Source of the DNA: Octopus vulgaris
Taxonomy: Eukaryota
Length of the DNA stretch: 64,000 bases
Direction of reading: 5' to 3'
Assembly (NCBI GenBank): GCA_951406725.2
Contig: OX597819.1
Span: 6,200,001 to 6,264,000, forward strand
Below, piece after piece: positions 28,099 to 41,973 of this stretch. A model generated the notes under the pieces. It ran no database searches. It worked only from the letters and a program-made list of their open reading frames with translations, and had not been told where the DNA came from. The translations under genes and the position numbers were made by a program. The first letter of the stretch is position 1. Each line of letters starts with the position of its first letter.

Positions 28099-29803
28099 AG
28101 CTTAATATTTAAGGGGTCTACAATTACGATTTTTTTTTTACTCTGGTTAAATGCAGTATTGTCATACAGAGTTCACAACTGTATCTGTGTGTTGTTTGCC
28201 GTGGAAATTGATAGTATGTCAACGAAACGAGACACTTAGGCCTCTTGGCACGTCATTCTCGGTGATAAACATGTTTTGTTGATGGCTTTTTTAGACGGAT
28301 GTTTTGTTGGTGCTGCAGGCTCACACCCACACATATACGCACCACCCAAAAAGACACGCATACAGAAAGAGAAAGTGAGAGATTTTAAAATGTTAATACA
28401 GGAAAAAAAGCACATGCACATACGTATATAGAGAAAGTGGGAGAGAGGGAGAGGAGTTGGAGGAAATAGAAATGTTAAAATCTCACACATGAAAGAAATC
28501 ACATACACATATAGAGAGAAAAATGGAGAGAGAAAAGTATAGAAATACATCTACCGGATTGACAAATACATGTCCCCGCACCACATAGAACATGAAGGAA
28601 AAACACACACACACAGAACAACATGATAGTTTAATTGGAGATTTATCTCCCTTTATGTTACACAGCGAAAGTTTGTTATTAATGACAGATGTGATTACTA
28701 AGCTGATTTAGCGAAAATATATCTTTATCCAGCTCTTCATTTAGTGTCTATAATCAATGCTGCTAATGAAGTTATTATGAAGAATGAAAACAATATTTTC
28801 AGTAATAAGTGTTTCAGGGTCAAAATATCCAATTCCAAATGAGCAGGGCCAAATAGGCTGAATAAAAATGCTCCTAACACATGAAGGATAATACTGTTTA
28901 CCAAGTATGTGCATGCATCTGATTTATGTGGAATATCGAAGCGGCTTTGTATATATTAATACAATTCTGCATGAATATCTACGGCGGGGAATTATCTTCC
29001 GGACTAGTGATATCATCTTAGTTATTGTCACAGTCTTTCGCATGTAGTTCGCTACCGTTTTCTTCTCCGGTGGTTGCATTATTCGGAAGACGTGTCTCCA
29101 ATGAGGAGACCTGTTTTTGAACACTGCCCTGATATTAACTGGAACGCAGATCTTTTGAGTGTAATGGGCTTTGATAATTTAGATGAACTACAAGCTGGTG
29201 TCTATAATTTAGAAAGGACATAAGACAACGACCAATAATTGAATTTACAACTGGTTTAATACTATTAATTTCAGTTATTTAATTGTTCTACGGGTGAGTG
29301 AGGAAACTGAATATAAACGTTGGTTAAGTAATGAATACATTAGCGTTGGTTAAGTGTTAAGTGCTATAATTTACCTGTTAGGCATGACTTCAGTCCCTAG
29401 GCCTGTCGATATATATGTGAGTTATCTGGTTCAAATGGAGCGAGCAAGCTACATCAAAAGTAGAACAATAATTAATATTGAGGAAAACTGCTATGGACCA
29501 AATCAGAACACTTTCGTGGAATTAATAACGCTTTCAGTTCCAAATTCCAAGAGCATTACTTAATACGACAGACACTGAACGAGGCAAGAGTATGCAAAAG
29601 CCTAAATGTTCTGAGGATTACAAATAAGATGAGGACACTTGTATAAATATATCAGTGAGAGTATGTATATAATATGTATGTAATATGAGAACTTTGTACC
29701 TAATGGTCACAATTTGACATTGGAATTTTCCAGAAACAGCATTTAACATTATATACCGTAAATCATTCTCCCTTTTTCTTTCATTTACGATTTTACTATG
29801 CAG

Positions 29804-29832
29804 ATATCGGAGTATTGATCAAAGTCACAGGG
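29804..29832 (+). other. Candidate 29 nt micro-exon
   Basis: A polypyrimidine tract plus tgcag acceptor and a GG/gtaagc donor lie in unique sequence. No homology recognised. Confidence 0.2.
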
Positions 29833-30229
29833 GTAAGCATTGAACAGAAGTTTATTTTATATTTCCTAGTGTGTTTTGCTTTAATTTTTAGGGAAGCCAA
29901 TATGACGATACTGTTAATGTTCTACTGAACGTCAAAGACTACAGGCACCGCGGTATAAATATTGTGGTGAAATTGATACACACACACACACGTGTATGTA
30001 TATATATATGGACTACGGTCGTGGTAGAGCACCACCATTCACGGCTTCAGTCGAAAAATCGACCCCAGTGCTTATATTTTCAGCTTGTTTTGTCGGTCTC
30101 GTTTTACAGGGCCTTAAACAGACAATCACCAAATTTGCCAAACGGTGTGGGAGACAGACACATAGACAAAGACGCAGCCATATACATATGATCCCATAGG
30201 ATAATGAGGTAGTGGCAATTTAGAGTTTT

Positions 30230-30900
30230 AAACCTATGGTCTTAAACTGCTGATCTTTCATTCATAAATAATTTTAATCATCTTTATGGTAAGCCTGTAG
30301 AAGCTATCATAACCCAAAATTTGAGCCGAATTTTTCTGTCACCCAGTATTGTTCCCTCTTTACTATCTTGATATTGTTCCGCAATATCTCCCATAAACGA
30401 TCGTCCACGCATGATTCTTCTGTCTTCTTTCGGATAACAGCTTTACGATAACCATCTAGGCTTACTTCTAAGAGACAGCTGGTGTTAACTTCATATTGTT
30501 TGTTACAGTTGCATGGGATGGAATATACATAACTTCAGATCGTGTTCTCCTCTGGGGGAGGCTTTGCTCGCTTGAGATTAGAAATCTTCCAAATTTTTTT
30601 CTGATAAATCTTTAATGTATTTTAAACACATTTTCGCAATTTTTTATTAACACTGTCGACCTTTGTATCCCTGCTCTTTGCAGCCGATAGTATGCTTTCA
30701 TGTTAGGTGTTACTCTGAAGTGCTTTTATTAACTTATCCACCTCTTGTTATATGTCTGCTTTTTGGATATATGTCTGGCATAATATATAATGGGTTTATA
30801 TGTGGTTTGCCACAAACGAGTGCTGTTTTGAAGATACCTATTGTTGTATGTATGGATGATGAGAATCGAGATATATGTATTATTCAGTGAACGTGGGCTA
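30230..30900 (-). pseudogene. Penelope-like element fragment (RT thumb plus GIY-YIG endonuclease), decayed
   Basis: Minus-strand peptides PTFTE*YIYLDSHHP (compare KPTHTGQYLHFxSHHP) and YVYSIPCNCNKQYEVNTSCLLEVSLDGYRKAVIRK (compare VYxIPCxCGKxYIGETxRxLxxRxxEH). Confidence 0.75.
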
Positions 30901-31722
30901 ATACAGATATAAAGCTCTATGACTTATGATCGCAATCAGGACAACCCGTTTACAATCATTTCATTTAATTTTCTGAACCGTATTGAACGTAATCAACAAG
31001 TTCCTAAGGTCCAAACATTTTTGTGTTTCTTGACGGTAACATATTATGAAGGTGCACTCTTGTCTCACTGCAACATATTTGGATTATGTGGCGCCATTGT
31101 TGAAATCATTTTCTTAAAGCATTTTATCATATACTTATTTGCTTCTATTGCAATATTGAATATCTCTCTTAGGCAGCGAGCCGGCCGAATCGATGGCGCG
31201 CCGTGTAACATGCTTAGCGGCGTTTTGTCCGTCTTTACGATGTGATTTCAAATTCCTTTATTTTTCATCTTTTCGGGGTCAGGTAGTGCTTTCTCTTAGT
31301 TTTATATTTTCTTTTATTTTCGAAATACTCTATGTAACATCTCTACGACGCCGAGTAGTTTTAAGTCTTTTATATAGTTTTCTGTGAAAATTTTGCTGCC
31401 AATTAAAAAAAGTTGGGCTTAACGCTATTAATGTCCACTACCTGTTACCCTACGGGACAACGAAATGGTGAATAGAAACGTTAAGTGTTAAATATAATAT
31501 TTAAGCTAGCAGTTATGAGTTCTGTCTTTGAATCAGACTATATTAACTCTGGTTGAAGTGTAACGAACTAAGAGCAGCCCAAATAGTAGACTTTGTAATA
31601 AAGGCAGCATCCTTCATATCGCTAACAGAATGAAGACAATCTGCACATATGAAATTTAATGTTTAGGTTCCAAGTTCCCAGAAGGAATTATTACTATTCA
31701 TTATTATTATCATGATGATGGA

Positions 31723-31934
31723 AGTGGGTGAAGTGGCAGAAACGTTAGCACGCCGAGCAAAATGCTTAGCTGTATTTTGTCCGTCACTTCGTTCTAAGTT
31801 TAACGTCCACAGAGATCGACTTTGCCTTTCATCCTTCCTGGGCCGATAAATTAAGTACCAGTGAAACACTGGGGTCGATGTAATCGATTAGTCCCCTTCG
31901 CGAAATTTCAGGCCTTGTGCTCATAGTACAAAGG

Positions 31935-31935
<1 letters not shown>
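31723..31935 (+). mobile_element. SINE family D, near full length (second diverged copy at ~31990-32165)
   Basis: gtggcagaaacgttagcacgccg..gatcgactttgcctttcatccttcctgggccgataaattaagtaccag..ggggtcgatgtaatcga..ggccttgtgc, followed by an (ATT)n tail. Confidence 0.85.
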
Positions 31936-31965
<30 letters not shown>

Positions 31966-32269
31966 CTACACCACCACCATTATCATCTTCTAGAATCGTT
32001 AGCACGCTGGGAAAAGTGTTTAGCAGCATTCTATTTGGCAAGTTTCAATTCCGCCGAGGTCGCCATCGCCTTGCATATTTTCTGGGCCGATAAAAACAAG
32101 TACTAGCCGAGCACTGGTGCCCATGTATTTGACAAGTCACATTTTCTTGTGCATATAATAGAAAGGACTACTGTGATCTAATTGTTATTGTCTGCTTCTA
32201 TCGTAATACCGAATAGGGAACGCAGTCCTGTCTACATTGGATATATCCTGTATTATTTTATTTTGGTCT

Positions 32270-33720
32270 TGTATTTTCTCTTGCACTAAATGCACTACAT
32301 GTAATAACATTGCTCTGCCAAGCAACGCTATTCTTATATGTTGCGCATAATTTAGAGCAGTAGGAGAACAAATTATGGGTCTTTATTTAGGATTTGCAGT
32401 ATTTTTTAGTCATGGTGAATATTATGATTTTTGTGAGACAGTTAGGTACTTACTCCCGGTTATTTTGCAGGCACCTTACGTGTTCACGCTAAGTATTTTG
32501 ATCAAAAGTTTAGTACTTTTGCCTTTATTTCTAGTCTTTAACTTTGGTTTACGTTGCTACAGGGCCGAGTCTTGTGTTATGGCCTCCACAAATACTGTTT
32601 TTTTTGTTTGTTTGTTCCAGTCTTGTTTTGTATAAATTTGTCTGTGATGATCTCTTTTGTTGGTGTTGCTGTGATTTCTCCTTTATTTCTTTTCTTTTTC
32701 TAGTTCTTGATAAAATCGTTTAGGATTAAAGTGGGATAATTTGTTTTGCTTAAAGAACTGTTTTCGTTCGTGTATTCTTTACGATTTAGCAAGGATCTCT
32801 TGTTTCATACGTTCTTTGATCTCAAGTTTTTCTTTTTGTTATATTTCTATCTTAGTTTTCCAATTGTGTGTCTTATTGATTTAGTTTTTAGATTTAAGCT
32901 TCAGAAAACTTCTTTCATTTTGGATCTTTTTTTGTGTATGTTTTTTTCTATCTAGTTTATTAACGTTTTGATGTGCCTATGTGTGCAGATCTGAGGCAGT
33001 ATTCACTTTCCTTTCTAAGAAGCGTGCTTGCTACCACAGGAATTACAAAAAGAAATTAGTGCACAATTAGATTATCATCATAGTCATGATTTCCTACTTT
33101 GGAATTTCCTGTTCTTAAAACTTTTGTATATTTCTTTAAATTTATATCATTGTTTCTTGTTCTGCTACGGTTTTTCTTGGTCAGTATTCTGTAGGTATTT
33201 AAGGGTTCGTAATCTGTTTGTTTTCTTACATACTTTGCTGTTAAATATTTCTTCGTTATTTACGATCACAGTATTTAAGGAATTATTTTTGTGTTTACGT
33301 TTCATATTCATTCATTTACGTGTTATCTTCATATTTATCTTTATTTGTAGTAGCTTTTTGTTTTTACTTCTCTTCCTTTTTGCTTTCAGAATACATCCTT
33401 TACTTTCGCTATTGTGTTTTGATGGAAAATTACTTTGTGATGAGAGTTATTTTGTCACATAATTTTATACGAGAGTATCGAGTTCTTATTCATACCATTT
33501 CAATTTTACTTACAAGATGTGAAGAATATCGAGACGCTCTGTACGCTTGCAGGGTACCAATACATTTGTTTCTGACGATGCCAAGTTTTGTAGACTCCAT
33601 TTTTCATATATTTTGTGCCTTAAAATCAAAGTATGAAGTCTCCTTTTAATCTTCGTGTAGATAACCCAGGTTCTATTTGCCCTGTTTGTCATATTATGTT
33701 TGTAGACTGAATGCATCTGA
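32270..33720 (-). pseudogene. Heavily decayed retroelement ORF, probably a PLE N-terminal region
   Basis: Strongly A-rich minus strand. The remnant ILQILNKDP*FV resembles the PLE motif LxKGxxF. Many stops. Confidence 0.35.
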
Positions 33721-34171
33721 AAATAATATGATGTCAGGCTTCGCCACTTACTTTATGTTTAGTATCGGATACATAGTAACCAATCGTTGACCAATGCGTA
33801 CATTTCAAATACATTAATTATATAAGATAATTATCAATAAATGTTGATTGTGAAAATATCTTCTACGAAAATATATCTTCACACGGATGAAATATCATTG
33901 AATGAATCAAGTTATCAAGTTGATGATAAAGCACTACCTCATTCACTTTTTTTCATAAATTTTTACGGCTCCATTCATTGGTATTTAATCTACAAAAGAT
34001 ATTTACGTAGAAGTAGGTTAGCGATTTATCAAGTTAAACTTCGCTTGTTGTTTACTTTTAAACTTATTCCGGAGATCTATATTACACATTTCACGGTGTT
34101 CACTCGTTAAACGCTTCGCTTTTTGTAATTATTATTGTTGCCGTTACTGCTATTGTTGTTGTTATAGGTAT

Positions 34172-34645
34172 AGCTGGTAGAATCGTTAGCACGCCGGACA
34201 AAATACTTAGCGGCGTTTTGTTTTACAGACTTTATTATATTTGCTTACCACGTCCAAGCCATATTAATTAAAATATTTGTGCTTTGTAAGTTTTTGATTC
34301 ACCCATTTACGCATTAAATAAATTTCCCCTAACACGCGTCTTTCTCAACAATTTGTTGCCGACCTTCTTCTTCTTCTTCTTCTTCTTCTTCTTCTTCTTC
34401 TTCTTCTTCTTCTTCTTCTTCTTCTTCTTCTTCTTCTTCTTCTTCTTCTTCTTCTTCTTCTTCTTCTTCTTCTTCTTCTCGGCATTTCGTCCGTCTTTAC
34501 GTTCTGAGTTGATATTCCGCCATGGATGACTTTGCCTTTCATCTTTTCGACGTCGATAAAATAAGCAGGAGTTGAATAATGGGGTTGATGAAATCGACTT
34601 ACCCCCTCCCACAAGATATCGAGCTTGTGTCTATAGTAGAAAGTA
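34172..34645 (+). mobile_element. SINE family D split by a ~260 bp insertion ending in (CTT)n
   Basis: Head at 34172-34220 and body resuming at 34480. cggcgttttg and cggcatttcg flank the insert like a TSD. Confidence 0.75.
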
Positions 34646-34663
34646 TTATTATTATTATTATTA

Positions 34664-34722
<59 letters not shown>

Positions 34723-35526
34723 TCCGCCACACCTATGAGCGTCTACATATGCATGTATCAATTATATAGTCGTGAAGGACATAAACCCCAGAAAAAGCAA
34801 CAATTAAAAAGGGTACTGTTAGAACGATATCCCTTATGATATAACCGACTTATAGATACTTACCTGTTGCTCTTACCATTAAAAAAAATCGAAGATGATT
34901 TGTTAGAGATGGGGAACAGTTGGCACTATCGTTCATAAATTCAGATATAAATTGAATAAACATAAATTTCAAGTGTTCTTTTCAATTTCACGTCTATAGA
35001 AGTATTCTTTAGGCCTGTATTTTAAAAGAATACATTTTAAAAGAATACCGAAAATAGAGACTGATGATATATTATTTCTATCTTGTTCCGTTTATAATTA
35101 CTTTCGAAGAGTTAAAGTACTGCAATACCACTCATACATAAATAACTCAGACGTTATAAAAGTGCACAGATAATGGTCTAGATCTTCATAAGCGGCAGTC
35201 AAAACACTACACAGTGAAAGAGGCCTATATTTTCTCGTTCCCGTCAGCGGCTTTAAGAAGATTGACACGTTGTAACTAGATAATCCCCTTAGACGTGACC
35301 TTTCTTTAAATCAACATACCTCTCCTACTTCAAACCTAAGCATGAAGTATTACTCCATATAGAAAAATAGATTTAATATTGTAATTACACCAAATAGGAA
35401 CTTATGGGTAGATATATAGATATATGCAAGCGAACACACATGTAACTCACAATACAGACAGGAAGATTGAACATACAAAAGTTTAAATTAAATATATGTG
35501 TGTGTTTGTGTGTGTGTGTATGCATA

Positions 35527-35629
<103 letters not shown>

Positions 35630-37129
35630 GTACGCACAAACACGCATACACATACACACACATACACACACACACACATATATATATATATACAGATGGA
35701 TCTAGGTATATATGCATATGTTGTGTGAAGGAAAGAGAGAGAGAGAAAATGAGAGGGAGAGAGAGAGAGAGATTACCCAAACGCGAAAACGCATTTACAT
35801 CTGCTTTCGTAAGAAATTTCTAATTTTTGTGGTCGATAGTACAGATAGAAAGTATGTTAGAGTCGACTCGACCTACTAATCATTTTCCCTTTCAGAGACG
35901 TTCTATCAAAATGAATGAAAAAATCATTATTTTGACATTTCTTTCTGTTGCGTAAATTAAGTACCAATGATGTTCTAGGATCGGTTTTAATCGAATATGC
36001 CCCTATTTTTGTCTAACACATTTTTCTTGGGACCTTCATTTGAAATGGCTTTTACAAAAGTTGTTTCTAAAGATTTATAATATCAGACACACTTCTAGAG
36101 AATGACATACCTCGTTTTACGTCCATTGGTTTCAGTTCCCGCTTAAAAGCCATTATATTTTTTATATATAAACTATATAATCACTACAATAGAACCTTTC
36201 TTCTCACTAAAATTAGGTACACGGTCTCTTTAAAGGAAACAGAAAAGATCCTAATAGCTAACTAAAACACTCACCAAAACTCCTGTACAATAGTGATAAA
36301 TATCCAAAAAGAAGAGTCAATATCGGCTTTTGAATCCCTGTTTGAAACATTTCATATGAATTTGGCTTGGTTTGGAATAAATGCTGTTAGAATAACATTA
36401 ATATCATATACTATCATTTTTCTTTCTCTAAAAATCAATATTTAACCCCTTTGAAATTGTGATTTATTCATGTATCATTCTAATGTTGAGCAAAATCAGC
36501 AATCAAACCTTGGTATTAGCCAGCAGACAAGTAAATTAATTGTAGAAAACTGAGAAAATATCATAAAATATAGCATGAACAGAAAAGAAAAAAAAATAGA
36601 GGATTATTGCACGAGTAATATTGGCACAAATTGGTTCACGTTTCTCCTACAGACGCGTGACTTTTTCATATTCAGCTTTAGACTGAGATGTCTTTATGCG
36701 TTGTTCTCTACAATTCCCTTGTTTTGCCGTTTGTATTGTATTATTAATTTTTGTAAACCTGGTGGCCATTTCTGACGCTTTGCCTACATTAGAGTTGTGT
36801 GTGAACGTGAATGAGTTATGCCCGAAATAAACCGTGTATATATTTCAATTATGAAAATGCCATCGATGAGTGATAGATTAATAAATAGAAAGAAGACAGA
36901 GAAAGGAAGGTATAGAAAAGTTAAGAGTAATGAGGTTGGAACCTGTTACATAAAAAGAACGAGAGAGTATGTAACAACAGAGAGAAGAAAGAATGAAAAG
37001 CAAAGATAGATATACAGGCAAATAAACAAATGCTGACAGCGGTAAGTGAAGTTTGAGGGAGATAAGAACGGGGTTTATATATTTATATACATACATATAT
37101 ATATATATATATGTCTGTCCCTTGGATAA

Positions 37130-37278
37130 CACTGGTGGCGTGGAGAGGGGAGGCTGGTATGCATGGGCGACTGCTGGTGTTCCATAAACAACCTTGCCCG
37201 GACTTGTGCCTGGGAGGGTAACTTTCTAGGTGCAATCCCATGGTCATTCATGACCGAAGGGGGTCTTTACCTTTACTT
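37130..37278 (+). mobile_element. SINE 3' portion with (CTTTA) tail
   Basis: gggcgactgctggtgttccataaacaaccttgcccggac..caatcccatggtcattcatgaccgaagggggtctttacctttac. GC-rich with a short tandem tail. Confidence 0.55.
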
Positions 37279-37371
37279 TATATATATATATATACATATA
37301 CCATACAATAAGATATTACAATGATATATTAATATATTAAAGGTATATTAAATACATCCAATAATATATAA

Positions 37372-38245
37372 GCGCAGGCGTGGCTGTGTGGTAAGAAGTT
37401 TGACTTTTTGATTTTTATGTAATAAAAGATCCTGTGATTTCGAAGGGTGTTCGGTCTGCGGGCGCCGAATACCCTTCTCATTTACATCATTCGTATTTGT
37501 CATTTTCATCTCATTAATGTATATGTCCAGCCCGCATTGCTTCTCTGTAAGGCCTTCATGGCCAATTTGATAAAATAAAGAAGCTTGCTTCTCAATCACA
37601 TGATTCCATGCTCACTTTAATTGTATTGTACCTTGGGCAAGTGTCTTCTACAATAATCTCGGGCCGACCAAAACCTGCGTTATTAGTGGAATTGGTACAG
37701 GAAACTGAGAGAAGTCTGACGTATATATGTATATACACATATGTTTGTGTGTCTTTGTGTCATTGTTTGTCCCGCTTCCCTAGCTCGACAACCAGTGATG
37801 GTGTGTTTACCATCTCGAGGAATTACATCCGTGTTTCGTGGTCTGCTACCACAACAGCTCCTTTATAGGATCCAGTTAGCTCAAGACATCATCAGGAGGA
37901 ACCACGTCCGGTTACGGCCCCTACTCCTCTACCGTCTTGACGTGGCGGACACCCCCGGTGTTGAGTGCATGTCTTCTTTCTTCTCTTCCCTGGCCTCTTC
38001 GATGTAGCGTCAGCGAGAATCAGACGGTGACTGACTGACAAATTTTTTCCCTTTAAATACCTGCCGCTAGGCTCCAGCAGGCAGCCCCAGCAAGTTGTGA
38101 CGTGACTAGTGGTTTGGCAAAAAGACCCCGATGGATAAATGCCAGGATCTACAAAATAGTAATAAGTACTGGCGGGGGGGACTCAATACGTTCGACTAAT
38201 GTTCTTCAAGGCAGTGCCCCAGGCTGCAATCTAATGGCTGGAACA
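37372..38245 (+). mobile_element. SINE family A interrupted by two insertions
   Basis: Head 37372-37402, body 37578-37814, tail 38100-38245. The first insert is flanked by aagaagtttg/aagaagcttg. Confidence 0.8.
37815..38100 (-). mobile_element. GC-rich insert, probable PLE pLTR with hammerhead core
   Basis: Minus strand: TATTTAAA, then CTGATGA-tgtct..gcta..tcct ataa agga..tagc agac..-GAAAC. Confidence 0.5.
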
Positions 38246-38652
38246 ACCATGTGTGTCAGTGTGTGTGTGCGCGCGAGCTCGGACATGTGTATGCGTGCGT
38301 GTGTGTATGTATGTATGCAGACATTTATGATTATCAAGAGCCAGGCTCGTTAGTCAAAGCGGAGTCACAAGTGTAAATTATAAATTTGCTTGAGTGCATA
38401 ATACACTTAATGGACAGTTGCAGTCTTCCTCGGTCACGTGTGACATCCATCATACATATGTGTATGTATGTGAGTGTATATGTGTAAATATATGTATATG
38501 TATATAAATGTGAGGAGAGCATAAGATGTGGCATGCTGTGAGAGAAACTGAGATGGAATGAAAGAATTGGGACATGTAAAGAGAAATAAAAGCAGATGGA
38601 AAAAGACCATAATTGTCCAGAGAGTAATCGACGAAAAGATAATGGGAGTGAA

Positions 38653-38693
<41 letters not shown>

Positions 38694-38859
38694 AGAAGTG
38701 AGAGTAGATGAGTGAGAAAATACTGATAAAGAGATGAAGAAAGAAATGAATAATGGAGCGAACGAGATAACATAAATACTTCTCAAAGATATAAACTAGA
38801 AATAATTGAATTGAGAAATCAAAAGAATATATATATATATGTGTGTATATATATATATA

Positions 38860-38891
<32 letters not shown>

Positions 38892-38907
38892 GATATAGAT
38901 ATAGATG

Positions 38908-39044
<137 letters not shown>

Positions 39045-39569
39045 TTAGATAGGTAGATAGATAAAGATTTGGTAGCCAAGTTGAATAAAAAAGCCTGAAA
39101 ATGAAAACACAGTTAAAGTTAAAAGTTTGAAAAGAACCTAATTCATTATTTCACAAGCGTATATTGGTAACTTTTAGGCAATATGTCCGTAGATTTTGAA
39201 ACTTAATGGTTTCTATTTTTCGAAATAAATGGATATTACTGATGGAGCGAAATCAATAGTTGTCCATCGCAATCAAACTGCGATTACCTGCCACTGTTTA
39301 CATGGCAAAACATATCCGAATAAAATATGCACTTAAAAATGCCAGAACTTTATGAGAAGTCGTTTGTATTTCTGTTCGATATTTACTGAGCTGATTGTTA
39401 TTTCTCTTACTGTTGTTCGTTTGTTCCTTCTGCAACTGCCTCAGTAATCGCGGTATTATGATTGATGATGAATTTTTTATATTCTTGCTGTGAGTTCGAT
39501 ATCGCTGTTATTTTACTTAACGTAACTGCCTTCGTAGCTACAGTTAGATCTACTATTATGGCTACAAAA

Positions 39570-39603
39570 ACTACTACAACTACTACTACTACTACTACTA
39601 CTG

Positions 39604-39658
<55 letters not shown>

Positions 39659-39727
39659 AACTACTAATACCATCGCCACGAAAAATATCACCACCACCAA
39701 CACCAAAATCACTCCCGCCGCCAACAT

Positions 39728-39797
<70 letters not shown>

Positions 39798-39800
39798 GTT
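39570..39800. repeat. Compound (TAC)n/(TAA)n/(CAC)n trinucleotide repeats
   Basis: Directly visible. Confidence 0.9.
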
Positions 39801-40507
39801 GCTGCTGCTGTTGCTGCCACTCTTTTTTCTTTTATTCCGAAGAAATCGACCTCTTTATATATAGATTCGGAACAATGCGCACTCCTTAGTCTCGTTCGCA
39901 ATTTATCACGTGATAACTTGATATAATTTTATATTTTCCCCTCCCTTTCTCTCTCTTTCTCTCTCTCTCTCTCAGTCTCTTTCTCTCTCTACTCTCTACG
40001 ACAGATGTTTTCTATGCAAATCCAATATGTTTGTATTTTCGGACCAGACAAATAAAATCCATCTTTTTTCAACAGCTGTCAGCCGTTGTCAGTATTAAAT
40101 ATTCAATATTAAATCTAACATATGCTCTACAAAAATACACATTCCATTCAGATTTCATTTTTTCATCCGAATAAAAAATTCAGTGGTCATAAACCAGTGC
40201 TTACGCACCAGATATGACAGTGCTCCAAGAATAGTGTATAATATTAAGCTGGCACCAAAAAAAAAAAAAGAATAGAATTGCGAGGAAGGGGAAAATACGA
40301 GTTAATGTTGCTCATGTCCCAAAGCCATAACGCATTGTTAAGTTCAAGAGACGACAAACAGTATACTTCAATCTCAATTTGCATTGGTGAAACAGGAGGA
40401 GCATATTATTTACATTCTCTTATATCTATGTGTGTTAGTCTAGAATTACTAACAGTCTAGTGCAAGTTCATCTCCGCAAGGCTAACTTGACCTAGGCTAT
40501 ATATATA

Positions 40508-40561
<54 letters not shown>

Positions 40562-41973
40562 GCACATATGTGTATACATATATATATATATATATATATG
40601 TACGCACATATGTGTATACACATATATACATGTATATATGTATATATAAATATGTGTGCGCGTGTGTGTCATAGTGTTGTACGTACATATACACACACAT
40701 GTATATAAGCCATATTTGAATTAATCTGAGTCTGTTATTTGGGTCACTGTCCATTTTAATCACGAAATGAACAAATCAATAATTTTTTTTAAAAATGAGT
40801 TAAATACTCTTCCAATTTTTATCGTAGCACGTGTTTATTGAGCTGAGCTTTACATACTCTTAACTGAAACCCGAGAACATCATAACCTATGTTGTTTACA
40901 ATCCGAGAAAACATTTGCCTCTAAAGAGGAAGTTGTACTAGTCGCACATACTATCTATAAACAAGCAATCACTTTCCAACACCAACACAATTCTGATTTG
41001 TTTAAATATTGATTCTTCTTATTATTATAGATAGTGAGTATAGGTGGTGGGTGACCTTGCTAGAAATTCGCTAAATTGTTAAAAGAAATCATTTTATATT
41101 ATTACTGGAGCAGGAAGTAAAATTAAATTGCCGATCGAAATCATAAGTTATTCCATTAAGCATATCTGCTGACAGAAACCGATAAAATTTGTTCTAGAAG
41201 TTCACCAAGTGTTAGTAACTCAAGACTAACCTTGACTCCAGAAAGCAATTTTTTTCTTGCTGTTTCTTTGTTTCAAAAAGAGATTTCCTTACAATTATCA
41301 CACAAGCAATTTACATTTTTAAACCATGGTAAATGGAAGATTTCTTGTCAGAGAGAATCAATCAGGCTTCATTTCATTAATGTTTGTATTAGAAAAGCTA
41401 CATAAATAATTTAGCACACAGTCTATATCCTTTTTTCCCTACCAATTATTGCAATAAATTCCTAGAAAGTAGGCCAGCCATAGTGATATTGAGTTGTTGA
41501 ATGTTTTATCAGACGCATCTGCTACAAATACAATTTACATAATATCTTGAAGACAGAAATTAGAGAAATTGTTTCGCCAATTGAGAAAAGTAAACTTGGA
41601 AAGAACTCCTAAGGCAATTATTATATTATATATCTAAGATGAATTGGGCTAGCATAAGATAAATACTATTGTCAATGAACCGCTAATGTATAATACAGTT
41701 TAATGTTTTGGGGCCTGGAGAGATAAAAGTCGGCTCAAACACGTCAAGATCCTAAATTTAACAAAACATTGAATTAAATGCATCGACTATCTAATAGACA
41801 CATTTGTTTTTGTACTGTAATAAAATAACAACAATGATAGCAATCTGAGCTTTCAGTATGCCAACATAAATTCGAAAGGATATCACTTCTGGAACAATCG
41901 AAAGAATTTGTACTTGGTCGCTTGAACTGTTGCTAAGTCTCCCTTAAATATGCACACAGCATTTCATCTTAAA

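Noticed and set aside
34857-35016. Strong minus-strand donor (CAG/gtaagt) with a possible upstream acceptor
   Set aside because: All three frames between acceptor and donor contain stops, and there is no other support
39462-39926. Mucin-like Thr/Asn-rich ORF
   Set aside because: Built from pure TAC/TAA repeats with almost no synonymous variation
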